Notes: generated by a model from the letters alone, not told the origin. Shown: positions 36,022 through 46,214, numbered from the stretch's first letter. The stretch is 64,000 nucleotides of DNA from Acidobacteriota bacterium (GCA_029263395.1 JAJCXO010000206.1:690-64689), one strand, 5' to 3'. Numbers and translations are program-made.

Positions 36022-37287
36022 TCAACCTCTTTCATCCAGGTTTTGTTCCAACAGAGCTCGCTCAGCTTGCAACCACTTCACAAGCTCCTCCTCGGTCGGC
36101 AGTTCCAACATGTATCGCGAGACAAAAAGAGAATCGGCCAACCCCGCGGTGGCATAGCGGACAACTTCGCTATCTTTGCCTGCACACAGCAAGATACCAA
36201 CCGGCGGGTTCTCGTCGGACCGGGTGGCGTGTTCAGCCAAGTAGTTGAGGTAGAAACTCATCTGCCCGGCGTGAGCGGGCTCGAAGTCCCCAACCTTGAG
36301 GTCAATGGCGACAAGCGAGCGCAGCCCACGATGGAAGAAAAGCAAATCGAGGTGGTGGTGGACATTGCCGACCGTGACGCGGAATTGCCGATCCACAAAA
36401 CAGAAATCGCGCCCAAGCTCTAAAAGAAACTCCTGAAGGTGATCTAGGAGAGCCTGTTCCAGATCCGCCTCACCGAAGCCGGCGGATGGCTTCAAACCCA
36501 AGAATTCGAGCACGTAAGGATCACGGACCTCAGTACTCGGTGTTGTGACCAGTCCACCGTTTCGGACGAGAGCTAAGACCGCATCACGGTCTTTCGATAG
36601 ACCAACTCGTTCATAGAGGAGACTGTTACGTTGGCGCTGGAACTCACGGACGGCCCAACCTTCCTTTAAGCAATGAAGTTCGTAGAAAGATCGTTTCAGG
36701 AGATCGTCAATACGGGAGAGCTCCAAGAGATGAGAAAATGAGAGTGTAGAGAAAAGTCGTTCGACCCATTCCGAATCCTGCCACTCAAGCTTCTTGGCTT
36801 TCTTGGCGCGCTGGGCCACAGAGGGGAACAATACTGCCTCGGTCGCTGACGATCCGCTATCAAGAATAGAAACGCCAGGCGTCTGGCGTTTCGACTCTTC
36901 TGGCCTGGAGGACGCCGACACCGGTCGCCTCAAGAGACCGAGACCAAAAACGCCAGACGCCTGGCGTTTTGGGAAATCAGAACCGAACCTGGCGGGAAGT
37001 GCATGCCGAATCTCGAGGCCAGGCCATGTCAAGGTCACCTGGCGGCAGTTCTTCAAACTGCTCACACCCAGTCCTTTGTACCCTCGCACGTCTAGCTCGG
37101 CGGCGAGCCTTGGGAAGAGGCGATCACCGTATGCAGCACGATCTTCACCCGTTTGTTCGTACTCGACAAGATAGGCACCAATGAGCCAATTACGCACCGA
37201 GAGCAGTCGTGCGACCGATCGCCCGGCCGCCTCCTGCAACGAATCGGTGATGGCACCTAGGTCAAAGAGAAGGGTCTCGAAGTTCAT
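36022..37287 (-). CDS. DUF1016/YhcG family PD-(D/E)xK nuclease-domain protein
   Basis: NWLIGAYLVEYEQ.G.DRA.YG, LSFSH, RDPYVLEFLGL, FLLELG.DFCFVDRQ, DLLFFHR, IDLK, GQMSFYLNY. Confidence 0.9.
   Translation of the reverse strand: MNFETLLFDLGAITDSLQEAAGRSVARLLSVRNWLIGAYLVEYEQTGEDRAAYGDRLFPRLAAELDVRGYKGLGVSSLKNCRQVTLTWPGLEIRHALPARFGSDFPKRQASGVFGLGLLRRPVSASSRPEESKRQTPGVSILDSGSSATEAVLFPSVAQRAKKAKKLEWQDSEWVERLFSTLSFSHLLELSRIDDLLKRSFYELHCLKEGWAVREFQRQRNSLLYERVGLSKDRDAVLALVRNGGLVTTPSTEVRDPYVLEFLGLKPSAGFGEADLEQALLDHLQEFLLELGRDFCFVDRQFRVTVGNVHHHLDLLFFHRGLRSLVAIDLKVGDFEPAHAGQMSFYLNYLAEHATRSDENPPVGILLCAGKDSEVVRYATAGLADSLFVSRYMLELPTEEELVKWLQAERALLEQNLDERG
36869..36970. repeat. Two intragenic 24-bp palindromes
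   Basis: GAAACGCCAG-GCGT-CTGGCGTTTC (36869-36892) and AAAACGCCAG-ACGC-CTGGCGTTTT (36947-36970). Confidence 0.9.
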
Positions 37288-37373
37288 GGGATGTCTCATC
37301 CGTCCAACAGAATCTTCGAGACGCTGCCTCACGTCGAAACTGACATAGCACTTTCCTGGGCTCGAGATTCAAG

Positions 37374-39566
37374 CTAGCCGTCCGCCCAGGACCGCAGCTC
37401 GTCGAGCAGCGCTCCTGAAACCCCTTCCGTGCTCCATTCGGCACAAAGATGGCCAACCGGCGCTTTGAGTGCCGGTAGCGGATTGCTACCCGGGGTCATC
37501 GCCGCCACTTCGCCACGCAGCCACTCGAGTAAGGATTCGAGTGACTCGAACGACCCGTCAGCCAAGGCCTGACGCAGACTCGGCACGGTGTGGGTTTCGA
37601 AGTTTTGTTTGCGGTCGAGATCGACGATGTCCGGCAGTAGCAGGGACGCTTCGGTGAGCGACAGCTCAATGCGCGCCAAGAGCTCATTGTAGATCCGACG
37701 GGCGATGGTGTCGGCCTTGACCCGGACCTCGCGCAATAGCTCTTCGCCACGGGCCCCGGAAGGCTCGCCGTGGGGCAACAATTGGCAGTAGAGCTTGAGC
37801 TTGGGCTCGGTACCCGACGGCCGGATGGTGATGATGAACGAATCGGTGAACAGCTGCAGCACGTTGCGCGGGGTTTTGTCGGTATCGCTGACGAAGGGGC
37901 CGAAGGCCTCTTGATCCCAATAGTCCACCATCTTGTGGACCGTCTGGCCACCCAGGACTGCCGGCCGGTTTTCCCGCAACGACGCCATGATGCGATCTTT
38001 TTTCAGCATGCCGGCAGCACCCGCCATCATGATCGAACGGTTGACGGTATCGAAGCCGCCGAGCTCTTCCAGGATGCCGGTGTAATAGTCGAGTAGCGTC
38101 TTACCTTCTTGCCGCAGGCGTTGGTAAAGCGCCGCCAGGTACATGCAAGCCGGAGTGGCATCTTTGTCGCGGATCGACGGCAACATCACAACACCGTGAC
38201 TCTCCTCGGCCGCCAAGACCAGGTCCTGATCGGAGCAGGTGACGTCTCCCCAGGGTTTGCCAGCTTGCAGCGTCTTGAGTACCGCCGCAACGTATTTGAA
38301 GCCGACCAGCAAGTCGTCGACCAACCAGGAGTCCCCCGCCTTTTCGACGATTTTGCCGAGAATTTTGGTGGTCACCAAGGTTTCGACCACCAACCCCTTA
38401 CGCCGCGGTCCGTGGGGATCGAGCATCAGGTAATAACACAGCACAGCAGCGATCTGATTGCCGTCGAAGTGGTACCAGGAGCCATCCGGCATCGCCATCT
38501 CGAGACCCACACGGTCAGCGTCGGGATCACTCGACAGCACGACGCCGGACCCCTGTTCGTCGGCGTAGCGACGAGCCGGCTCAGTGGCCTGGGGGACCTC
38601 CGGGTTGGGGGCCTTGAACGGGATCACCGAGAAGCTACCGTCGGGCCCTTCGGCGGGTGGCACAACCAGTGGGAAGCCAAGCTTCTCGAGCACGTCACCG
38701 ACGGTCGACAGGCCACAGCCACAGAGCGGCGTGTAGGTCACCGGGTAATCCGCCGTCGGAGTGAAAACGCCATCATAAAGCTCGATGTAGGCTTGAACGT
38801 AGTCGTCATGCAGGGCGGTCGGCACCGCTCGAATTTTGCCGGCGGCGAGCGCCTCGTCGAAGGGTGTCGAACGGATATCGGTCGCCCGCTCCATGGCGTC
38901 GACCAGGTGCTGGTCGTCAGGGGCGATCGGTTGCGAGCCGAAGCGATCGTAAACCTTGATGCCGTTGTCGTCCGGTGGATTGTGGGACGCCGACAGATTC
39001 ATGCCGCCGACGGCTCCCAGCTCGCTGATCAAGTAGGACAGCTCGGGAGTGGTCAACACCGCGTGCTCCGCTTCCGGCTCGGCGAAGTAGGCGACGATGC
39101 CGTTGCCAGCGTAAATCTCACAGGCCAGGCGACCGAGGGAGCGCGCTGAGACGCCAACCAGCGGGTGATCCTTGTCCAAGAAGCCATACCGTCCGGCGTT
39201 GTCGAGGAAAACCCGCACGTCGTTGGCCACCACCACGGTCAATTCGTCGCGGTCGGGGAAGGCCTCCCGCAGGTACTGACAGTGGCCCTGAACGGTCATG
39301 CCGACGGTGGTCGGATTCATCCGGTTGGAGCCATAACCCACCGGGCCACGGCGACCGCCGGTACCGAACGGCAACACTTGCCAGAAGGCGTCGAACAATA
39401 GATCGACGTGCTCTTCAGCCAGGTGTTGCTCGAGAATCTCCGGATAAGAATATGGGACATCGCCGGACAGCCACTGGCGCAAACGCTCGGCGGCACTGCG
39501 GCCGAGCTCGTCGTAGCGGTCAGCGAGAAGGTCACAGACCTTCTGGAGCGCTGCGGTATTAGACAT
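37374..39566 (-). CDS. Phosphoglucomutase/phosphomannomutase family protein
   Basis: FGTGGRRG, SASHNP, DPDADR, EESHG, RPSGTEPK. Confidence 0.92.
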   Translation of the reverse strand: MSNTAALQKVCDLLADRYDELGRSAAERLRQWLSGDVPYSYPEILEQHLAEEHVDLLFDAFWQVLPFGTGGRRGPVGYGSNRMNPTTVGMTVQGHCQYLREAFPDRDELTVVVANDVRVFLDNAGRYGFLDKDHPLVGVSARSLGRLACEIYAGNGIVAYFAEPEAEHAVLTTPELSYLISELGAVGGMNLSASHNPPDDNGIKVYDRFGSQPIAPDDQHLVDAMERATDIRSTPFDEALAAGKIRAVPTALHDDYVQAYIELYDGVFTPTADYPVTYTPLCGCGLSTVGDVLEKLGFPLVVPPAEGPDGSFSVIPFKAPNPEVPQATEPARRYADEQGSGVVLSSDPDADRVGLEMAMPDGSWYHFDGNQIAAVLCYYLMLDPHGPRRKGLVVETLVTTKILGKIVEKAGDSWLVDDLLVGFKYVAAVLKTLQAGKPWGDVTCSDQDLVLAAEESHGVVMLPSIRDKDATPACMYLAALYQRLRQEGKTLLDYYTGILEELGGFDTVNRSIMMAGAAGMLKKDRIMASLRENRPAVLGGQTVHKMVDYWDQEAFGPFVSDTDKTPRNVLQLFTDSFIITIRPSGTEPKLKLYCQLLPHGEPSGARGEELLREVRVKADTIARRIYNELLARIELSLTEASLLLPDIVDLDRKQNFETHTVPSLRQALADGSFESLESLLEWLRGEVAAMTPGSNPLPALKAPVGHLCAEWSTEGVSGALLDELRSWADG

Positions 39567-39710
39567 CTCGTCTCCTTGTTGCGAGCGGATCGAAGCGGCG
39601 TGACGGCCTCGAGTGACGCCGACGTATTGTGGAAGGGGACGGGCTAGTTCAGCCCACCACGCCGATGGTACCAAAACTCCGCCGTCGTCAGGTATCGACT
39701 TGGAGCAACC

Positions 39711-41096
39711 TCAGTTGGTGCTCGCTGGCAACCGTTCGACCTCGGCGCGATGTTCGATCCAGGCTCGGAACCGGGCGTTGATCACGCTCCAATCTTCGCC
39801 CAGTTGGGTTCGCAAGGTGGTGGTCGTCGGCGGCGCACCGCCGGCCACTTCATCCAGAAAAGAGCGGAAGGCGGCAGCGTATCGTCCATTCTCGCCACCC
39901 ATCAAGTAGCGAATCCAAAACGACGCAGCAGCATAGTGGATCTTGACCTTCGGAGTACGCACGAAGTCTTGCCAGTCGGTGCTCATCAGTGCTGGCACCG
40001 CCGGTAGCTCACCGGTCTGTAACGACTCCCGCAAACGCCACAGGTTGGCGAACCCACCTTCGAACCGATACTCGTTGCGCCGCACGAGACGCCGGCCCCC
40101 CAAGTCTTGTGGAAACAAAGCACCGGTATCGTCAATGCGTCCTTGCGCCAACGCATCCGCCAAGCCTTCATCGAGCCAGGGTGGCAGCTGCGGGCCGACC
40201 GCACGCCGATTGATGAAATGCACCAACTCGTGCACCACGGTCGAGGCAACTTCGCTCCGAGATCGGCTACCTATATAAAGCGCCGCTACCCCCTTGGTGC
40301 TGTGGCCGGCAGCCGCCAACCCGGCGATCCGCTGCGATTTGCGTTGCAGCAGACGATAGGCAATGTCACTCTGGAACAACACCACCGCTTCGCTAGGCTC
40401 GCCGATCGGCTGCCGGTCATAATGCTTGATGTAGGCAGCCTCGACATTCTCAACCACTGCGTCGAGAAATGCGATCAGCTCGTCATCGGAGCTGTCGGTG
40501 TAGAGCGCATACGGCCCCAGCCGAGACACCCGCTCGCCGCCCCTCAAGTATTTGCGCGTCGCCGCCAACAACGTCTCTTCAGGGACCTGTGGCGCTACCG
40601 GTCCCACCGGCTCGGGCTCCTCACCGTAGGGAATCTCCGCGTCCTCGTCATAGTTCCGGAGGTGCACCCAGCCTTCGCGGCCATGGTAGTCGACGCTGTA
40701 CCAGTCGCCACGGTTTTCGACCTTGCCGGCACGGCTCAGCTTCTCGAATTGAAAAACCGTGGGGGCATCCGCCGAAGCTCGGCTTTTGAGCTCCATTCCT
40801 GGAAGCACCCAAACGTGCTGAGCGAAGACCGGTGACGGCGGCGAGGGTATGGCCTCGGCTATTCGATCCAGGTCGGTCATTTCAGAACTGGCGTCGAACG
40901 CCTCCGAATCTTCCCTCTCCGTCTTGTAGGAGGCGCGGTAGGCCTGCTGGAAACGCACCGCCAACTTCCCAACCACTGGCCAGTTTTCGGCTCGACGCAG
41001 AATCTCAGCATCCGGGTTGCGGGTCAGCCAGGTAAGCGAACCGAAGACCCCGAGCAGTCCGAGAACGAGAATATAGGCCCAAATCGATCGCCGCAT
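39711..41096 (-). CDS. Membrane-anchored SH3-like plus zincin (peptidase MA/DUF1570-like) protein
   Basis: N-terminal TM, GDWYSVDYHGREGWV SH3b-like segment, HELVH...PPWLDEGLA gluzincin motif. Confidence 0.7.
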   Translation of the reverse strand: MRRSIWAYILVLGLLGVFGSLTWLTRNPDAEILRRAENWPVVGKLAVRFQQAYRASYKTEREDSEAFDASSEMTDLDRIAEAIPSPPSPVFAQHVWVLPGMELKSRASADAPTVFQFEKLSRAGKVENRGDWYSVDYHGREGWVHLRNYDEDAEIPYGEEPEPVGPVAPQVPEETLLAATRKYLRGGERVSRLGPYALYTDSSDDELIAFLDAVVENVEAAYIKHYDRQPIGEPSEAVVLFQSDIAYRLLQRKSQRIAGLAAAGHSTKGVAALYIGSRSRSEVASTVVHELVHFINRRAVGPQLPPWLDEGLADALAQGRIDDTGALFPQDLGGRRLVRRNEYRFEGGFANLWRLRESLQTGELPAVPALMSTDWQDFVRTPKVKIHYAAASFWIRYLMGGENGRYAAAFRSFLDEVAGGAPPTTTTLRTQLGEDWSVINARFRAWIEHRAEVERLPASTN

Positions 41097-41194
41097 ACTC
41101 GTTAGTCTAGCGGTCGCCGAGATCACTTCGCCGGTAGCTCAACGCGGCTGTCAGGCTACCTACCCCTGCCTTGCTTCAACTGTGTCGGCACACT

Positions 41195-42007
41195 TCAGCT
41201 CTCATTGCCCGCTTCGCGCTCCTCACGTTCCAGTCGTCGCGCTTCACCCAACGCCGAGGCGACCAACCCGGCTGGCATCGCAACCACCCCCAAGCCGACC
41301 ATGAGCACAACAAAGGTGAACACCCGACCACCCGTCGTCACCGGCACACTGTCGCCATAACCCACCGTGGTCACCGTCACCACCGCCCACCACAGGCTGT
41401 GAAACACCGAGGAAAACGTGTCCGGCTGCGCTTGGTGCTCGAAGTAGTAAATGCCGGTAGCGGCCAGGTAAAGGACAAGTAGCGTGGACGAGATAAAAAT
41501 GACGAGCTCATCCTTGGCCAACTTGAGCGCAAGATGGTAGCGCCTGAGCGCTGAGCTGTAGCGCACCAACTTGAACAGCCGAAGCAGTCGACACGCTCGC
41601 GCCGATCTCATGTCGACGCCGGTGAACAGGAGAAACGGCACGATCGCAATCAGATCGATCAAGCCGAAGAAGCTGAAGATGAAACCGAGCTTGTTTTTGG
41701 CCAGACTGACCCGCAACAAATACTCGACCGTGAAGGTCACCAGAATCACAGTGTCCAGCGCCCGGAGCCAGCCACGGGTTGCATCACCAATATCGGGCAG
41801 GGTCTCGATCGAGAACGACACCACCGAGACCACAATCAACAGCTGGATGAACAGATCGAAGCGACGTCCACCCGGCGTGTCGTTACGTTCGACAATCGAT
41901 CTCAGGCGTTCGAGCAAGGGGATCGCGCTCCGTTCAACTGAGTCACGGGTTTGACGTTTACGGTCTGGACGGTACGGCCTGATCGGCATCTTACACTTGC
42001 TGGGCAA
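41195..42007 (-). CDS. Voltage-gated-type potassium channel (ion transport protein)
   Basis: Six TM helices, Arg-rich S4 (RLLRLFKLVR), TTVGYGD filter; start uncertain. Confidence 0.9.
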   Translation of the reverse strand: MPSKCKMPIRPYRPDRKRQTRDSVERSAIPLLERLRSIVERNDTPGGRRFDLFIQLLIVVSVVSFSIETLPDIGDATRGWLRALDTVILVTFTVEYLLRVSLAKNKLGFIFSFFGLIDLIAIVPFLLFTGVDMRSARACRLLRLFKLVRYSSALRRYHLALKLAKDELVIFISSTLLVLYLAATGIYYFEHQAQPDTFSSVFHSLWWAVVTVTTVGYGDSVPVTTGGRVFTFVVLMVGLGVVAMPAGLVASALGEARRLEREEREAGNES

Positions 42008-42059
42008 GTCGACTCTGGTTACGACTTGGGCGGCGCAAAGCGGCTGCCAACCGCGAGCG

Positions 42060-42503
42060 TCAAGTGAGCTTCAACTCACCGACAACAATTGGCGCCTTCA
42101 TGAAATTCTCCCCCGGGACCGCTTGGCCGGCCATACGGCGCAAAGTCGCTAGCTGCCCAACATGGGTCATACAGTCGCTGAGTGGTCCTTGCAGGATGGC
42201 AGACAAAGTCATGGACTGCGGCTCCTCACCGTTCTCCAAGAACCCGTCGAGCTGTTCCAGACCACTCTCGAGTCGTCGTAGCTCGTCGTCCCAAGACAGG
42301 GACTCGAGCCGTCCCCAGGGTTCGCCGCTAAAACAGTGGACGGCGTAGGCGATCACCCCGGACATATGGCCCAGAATCTTGAGTGGTGTCCGCACGCCAT
42401 AACCAGCGTCGAAATCGGGATAGCCAGCCGGCACTCGGCGGACTATCTGGCGAGTACGGTAGGCAAAGGTTGCCAGCATGTGGCGGAGTGTGTCGCGGTC
42501 CAT
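42060..42503 (-). CDS. DinB/YfiT-like four-helix protein
   Basis: RTPLKILGHM and THVGQLATLRR motifs. Confidence 0.65.
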   Translation of the reverse strand: MDRDTLRHMLATFAYRTRQIVRRVPAGYPDFDAGYGVRTPLKILGHMSGVIAYAVHCFSGEPWGRLESLSWDDELRRLESGLEQLDGFLENGEEPQSMTLSAILQGPLSDCMTHVGQLATLRRMAGQAVPGENFMKAPIVVGELKLT

Positions 42504-42840
42504 GGGATCTCCTTGGTCAAGCATCAAAAGAGCATCGTAAAGCCAAGGAGCCGGATTGACCAGGATCAGGTCCACACCCAATGCAAAAGCCGGCGGCTGG
42601 GCGCCGCCGGCTCTTGGAGCCATCAAAGGCAGGGAAGCTGCTCGTCTTCCGTTGAGGAACCACCATTATATCGACAAACTTCGATGGAACAAGTCGAAAC
42701 GCTAATATTTTATGCGAACTTTGAACACGCGACCAACCGCCACCGCAAAGGACTTTGTTCGGATTCCACTCGCTGTGTCGCCACACCGGTGAATCCCTGT
42801 CGACGGCAGACTCGCCGTCGTCAGCACGGAAAGGAGTCCA

Positions 42841-43131
42841 TTGATGACCAGGCTTCACAGGCCTAGACAACGAGCGACGGTGTGGTTGGCCGTGGCGTGT
42901 ATCACGTTGGCCCACGTCACGCCGACCTACGCTCACGAGAAGCGAGTCCATCAGGACATGACCGACACCGCCTTCAAAATCATGCAGAGGGTGCACGCCA
43001 ATCCGGACGAATTTACCGGCAATTGGCAAAACTCGTCGGTCAACTTCGAGGAAGTCCGGATCCATGTCTTCGACTCCATGGTGTCCGACGCAGGAACACC
43101 GAGTTTCCGCTTCAGACCTCCCCCTTGGTAA
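42841..43131 (+). pseudogene. Truncated exported-protein gene
   Basis: AAGGAG RBS, signal peptide (TYA/HEKRVHQDMTD), ends after 96 codons. Confidence 0.4.
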
Positions 43132-43257
43132 AAAAGGCAACCTAGGGGGACTTCAGTCCCGTTCGGTTTTCTGTTCACTTTCCCGCCATTGCGTCGCCTC
43201 ACTGGGAAACCCAACGGCCACAACGTCCGATTGTGGCTGTTCATCCAAGGAGTTCTC

Positions 43258-45930
43258 ATGATGTCCACGCCGGTGCCCAGGCACACTCTCATTGCACTCA
43301 CCATCCTGATTGTCACCAGCCTATTCCCCACCACCGCAACCGCAGGCACTCAACTTTGCGACAGCACCGTCAGCACCTCTGCTAGCGGCCTCTACGGCAC
43401 AACGCCGCCGATGGCCTTCGACGGCACCAACGCCACAGCATTCCGTTCGAGCAACAACAACTGGCAATTCCTCCAGTTGCGTTTCGACTGCGAGATCGAG
43501 CTCACCGCATTGCGCCGTTTTATGACGCCGAACGGCTCCTCGACCAACGGTCATCGTGGCTGGCAAGGCGAGCAGGTGTCGTACTCCCTCGACGGCCAGA
43601 CCTTCCACTACATCACTCCTGCCGCCAGCAGTGGTTGGGAAAGTTATGTCGCTTACCATCCGCGGGCTTGGCACTCGGTCGAATACGGCCTGTCACGGTG
43701 GTTGGTACCCGATCAGAAGATCCGCGCTCGTTATGTGCGCTTTCACTGGGACGGCAACTACGACTACCTGCATGAGGTTGAGCTCGACGCACGCGCCGTG
43801 TTGGAAACCACCAACTTCCGCCTCACCCAGAGTGGCATGGTCACCACTGCCGTCCCCTCGCAGCCCCTGGTCGCCGGTAAGACAACTCTGCTGCGAGCAA
43901 CGGTGATCCGCGTTGCTGGCGGCCCAACGACCGCCGACGAAGCCTTCGTCGACGTGATTCGCGAAGATACCGGCGCAGTCACCGGCACGATACGCGGCCA
44001 CGCCATCGCCAGTGACAACCGTTCGCTGCGCACCACAATCGCGGAAGGCGAAGACGTCCATTTTTTCATTCCCGGCAGGCGACTGCGCGATGAAACGACT
44101 TACCGCTTCCGGGTGCGGTTGGTGTCCGGTGGACAGAGCCATACCACCACGGTATTTACCGGCATCGCAACCCGCGAAAACGCTGGCCTACCGGTTCTCT
44201 TCACCGACTACAACGAAGGGCTGTTCGCCTCCCTCGGTGACCTCTTACGTTTCATCGACGCGGTCATCCACACCAGTCGCATCCTGCCGATCAAAGATAC
44301 CAACGATGGCTTGCTGCCGTACGGCACCCCGACCACCGGAGCCAGAGGTTTACGTTACGAGTACGTCATGAACCTGCCCCTGGCTTCTCCCGGTCGCCTC
44401 GGCCAATTTGTTCAAGACTTTGTACAAAACGACACGACCGTTGGCACCGGAAACAATGCGGCGGGTCAAAACTGTGCCTCCAACATCCCGCGAGCATTCA
44501 ATGCCGGCCCCTTCTTCGCCTACAACTTCACCTTTCCCGAAGACCTCGACGGCAACAACGTCCTCGACGCCGCTGAGCTTGCTCAATGCAGGCCGGGAGC
44601 TGGAGGCACCGACAGCCCACTCAGAACACGGATCAGCAACTTCGGCAGCCGCATCTGGACCGATATCGCACAGCGCAAAGCGTCGACCATGGCGAGCGGA
44701 CGCGAGTTTCCAAACTATGGCCTGCAACTGGTGCCCAATGGGCCGACGCGGCATCACCGTCTCAATTGGCTAGGTTATGCCGGGCCAACCTCTGGCTGGG
44801 CTGCGGTCAGCATGGCCGGCAACCCGTTCCCAGCCCTACCTCACGAGCTTGTCCACGAACTCGGCCGCAACCACTCCCCCACAACCTCCCTGCCTGGGCC
44901 AGGCTATGACCTGAAACGCAAACGGCGAGTACCCAATCCCTTCGATCTGATGGCGGGTTCCTTCGACCCTAACCAGAACTTCTTTAATTCGTTCATGAGC
45001 GACACCGACTGGAACGCCCTGCTGGCCACGATCCCGACCGCCTCAGGGCAAACGCAGCCGCCGCCGATCGGGCCACCGACCGTGCGCATGACCGGCACTA
45101 TCGACAGCCAAGGCACCCTGAGTATATTGCGCACCCGGACCCTCCCCGCGGCCACTGAGCTCGAGAGCCTGAACGCGGACATGACCGTGGCGCTGTTGGA
45201 CGACGGCGACAACGTCCTCACCTCCGGCCCGGTGGAAGTATCCGAGGCCGGCGGTGCCGACTGGCCCAAGGAGCTGCCGCCACCGCTCAATCTCGATCTA
45301 CGCGGTGAGGTCGAATGGGTTGAAGAAGCTGTTGCCTTGGCGGTATTCGACGAGTCGGGCCAAGAGTTGACCCGACTCGACATCTCATCAACCGCGCCGG
45401 TCGTCACCGTGCTCGATGTCGACACCGAGAGCGATCCAATCGTCGTCGACTGGAAGGGCTACGATCCGGACAAAAACACCCCCACGTACGATGTCAGCTT
45501 CGTTTACCCTGACGGTCGGGAAGTCCTCGCCGCCGCTGAAGTCGACGCTCAACAAACAAAGATCCCGGCCAACCGAGTCCCGGGCGGCGACGACGTCGCC
45601 GTGCGGGTACGTGCCACCGACGGCTTCCGCGTCTCAGTCGACGAACTGTCCGGCCTCAGTCTGCCGAATCGCGCCCCGCAGATCACCATCCTGGCTCCAG
45701 TGGCAGGCGAAACCTTCGAGACGGGTGCAGCGGTTGCTCTCGTGGCAACCACCCAAGACCTCGAGGACGAGGCCGTCGACGTGACCTGGACCTCGGACCA
45801 CGACGGCTTCCTAGGCACTGGCGATGAGCTGACCCTGAAGCTGTCCTCCGGCAGCCACCAACTCACCGCTACTGCCTCCGACACGGCGGGCGGCGAAAGC
45901 ACGATGTCGGTCGCGATCACCGTCGAATAA
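43258..45930 (+). CDS. Secreted metzincin-type metallopeptidase with discoidin (F5/8 C)-like and Ig-like domains
   Basis: AAGGAG RBS, signal peptide, AFDG..TAF...ARYVRF discoidin, HELVHELGRNH (HExxHxxGxxH), Met-turn DLMAG, C-terminal NRAPQITI...WTSD..G.LGTG Ig-like domain. Confidence 0.75.
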   Translation: MMSTPVPRHTLIALTILIVTSLFPTTATAGTQLCDSTVSTSASGLYGTTPPMAFDGTNATAFRSSNNNWQFLQLRFDCEIELTALRRFMTPNGSSTNGHRGWQGEQVSYSLDGQTFHYITPAASSGWESYVAYHPRAWHSVEYGLSRWLVPDQKIRARYVRFHWDGNYDYLHEVELDARAVLETTNFRLTQSGMVTTAVPSQPLVAGKTTLLRATVIRVAGGPTTADEAFVDVIREDTGAVTGTIRGHAIASDNRSLRTTIAEGEDVHFFIPGRRLRDETTYRFRVRLVSGGQSHTTTVFTGIATRENAGLPVLFTDYNEGLFASLGDLLRFIDAVIHTSRILPIKDTNDGLLPYGTPTTGARGLRYEYVMNLPLASPGRLGQFVQDFVQNDTTVGTGNNAAGQNCASNIPRAFNAGPFFAYNFTFPEDLDGNNVLDAAELAQCRPGAGGTDSPLRTRISNFGSRIWTDIAQRKASTMASGREFPNYGLQLVPNGPTRHHRLNWLGYAGPTSGWAAVSMAGNPFPALPHELVHELGRNHSPTTSLPGPGYDLKRKRRVPNPFDLMAGSFDPNQNFFNSFMSDTDWNALLATIPTASGQTQPPPIGPPTVRMTGTIDSQGTLSILRTRTLPAATELESLNADMTVALLDDGDNVLTSGPVEVSEAGGADWPKELPPPLNLDLRGEVEWVEEAVALAVFDESGQELTRLDISSTAPVVTVLDVDTESDPIVVDWKGYDPDKNTPTYDVSFVYPDGREVLAAAEVDAQQTKIPANRVPGGDDVAVRVRATDGFRVSVDELSGLSLPNRAPQITILAPVAGETFETGAAVALVATTQDLEDEAVDVTWTSDHDGFLGTGDELTLKLSSGSHQLTATASDTAGGESTMSVAITVE

Positions 45931-45962
45931 GTCCGGTCGAGCGATCACCTGAAATTCAGCTG

Positions 45963-45994
45963 GGATCGGTCCGGTTCGCGAACGGGACCGATCC
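45963..45994. terminator. Hairpin after the metallopeptidase gene
   Basis: GGATCGGTCC...GGACCGATCC inverted repeat. Confidence 0.5.
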
Positions 45995-46070
45995 GGCTCC
46001 TTCGGTACCAATCCGTGCCACCAAGGGGCAACCACGAGTGGACACCGCCAGTTCACGTTGACCGGCTTCG

Positions 46071-46104
46071 TTGAACGGTCTGTTCACATTGAACGGTCTG
46101 TTCA
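46071..46104. promoter_or_regulatory. Tandem palindromic operator-like sites
   Basis: Two copies 18 bp apart of TGAAC-GGTCT-GTTCA. Confidence 0.45.
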
Positions 46105-46214
46105 TTTCCTACCGAGCGCGTCGCCTCACCAGGAAACGCGCGTTCTCCTTCGTCGCTGATCGTGTGGGTCTGCGACGTTTGCTGACGCCTCACATCTCAG
46201 AAAAGGACTGAATC

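Noticed and set aside
35964-37373. Target-site or gene-start duplication flanking the DUF1016 gene
   Set aside because: Only short, weak matches (e.g. TCCGTC.AAC) that could be chance, unlike the clear duplicates at 32.6-33.2 kb
20281-39149. Long alternative-frame ORFs (e.g. 20281-21312, 26326-27204, 30459-31598, 38109-39149)
   Set aside because: They lie antisense to well-supported genes, have no motifs, and are expected in GC-rich DNA
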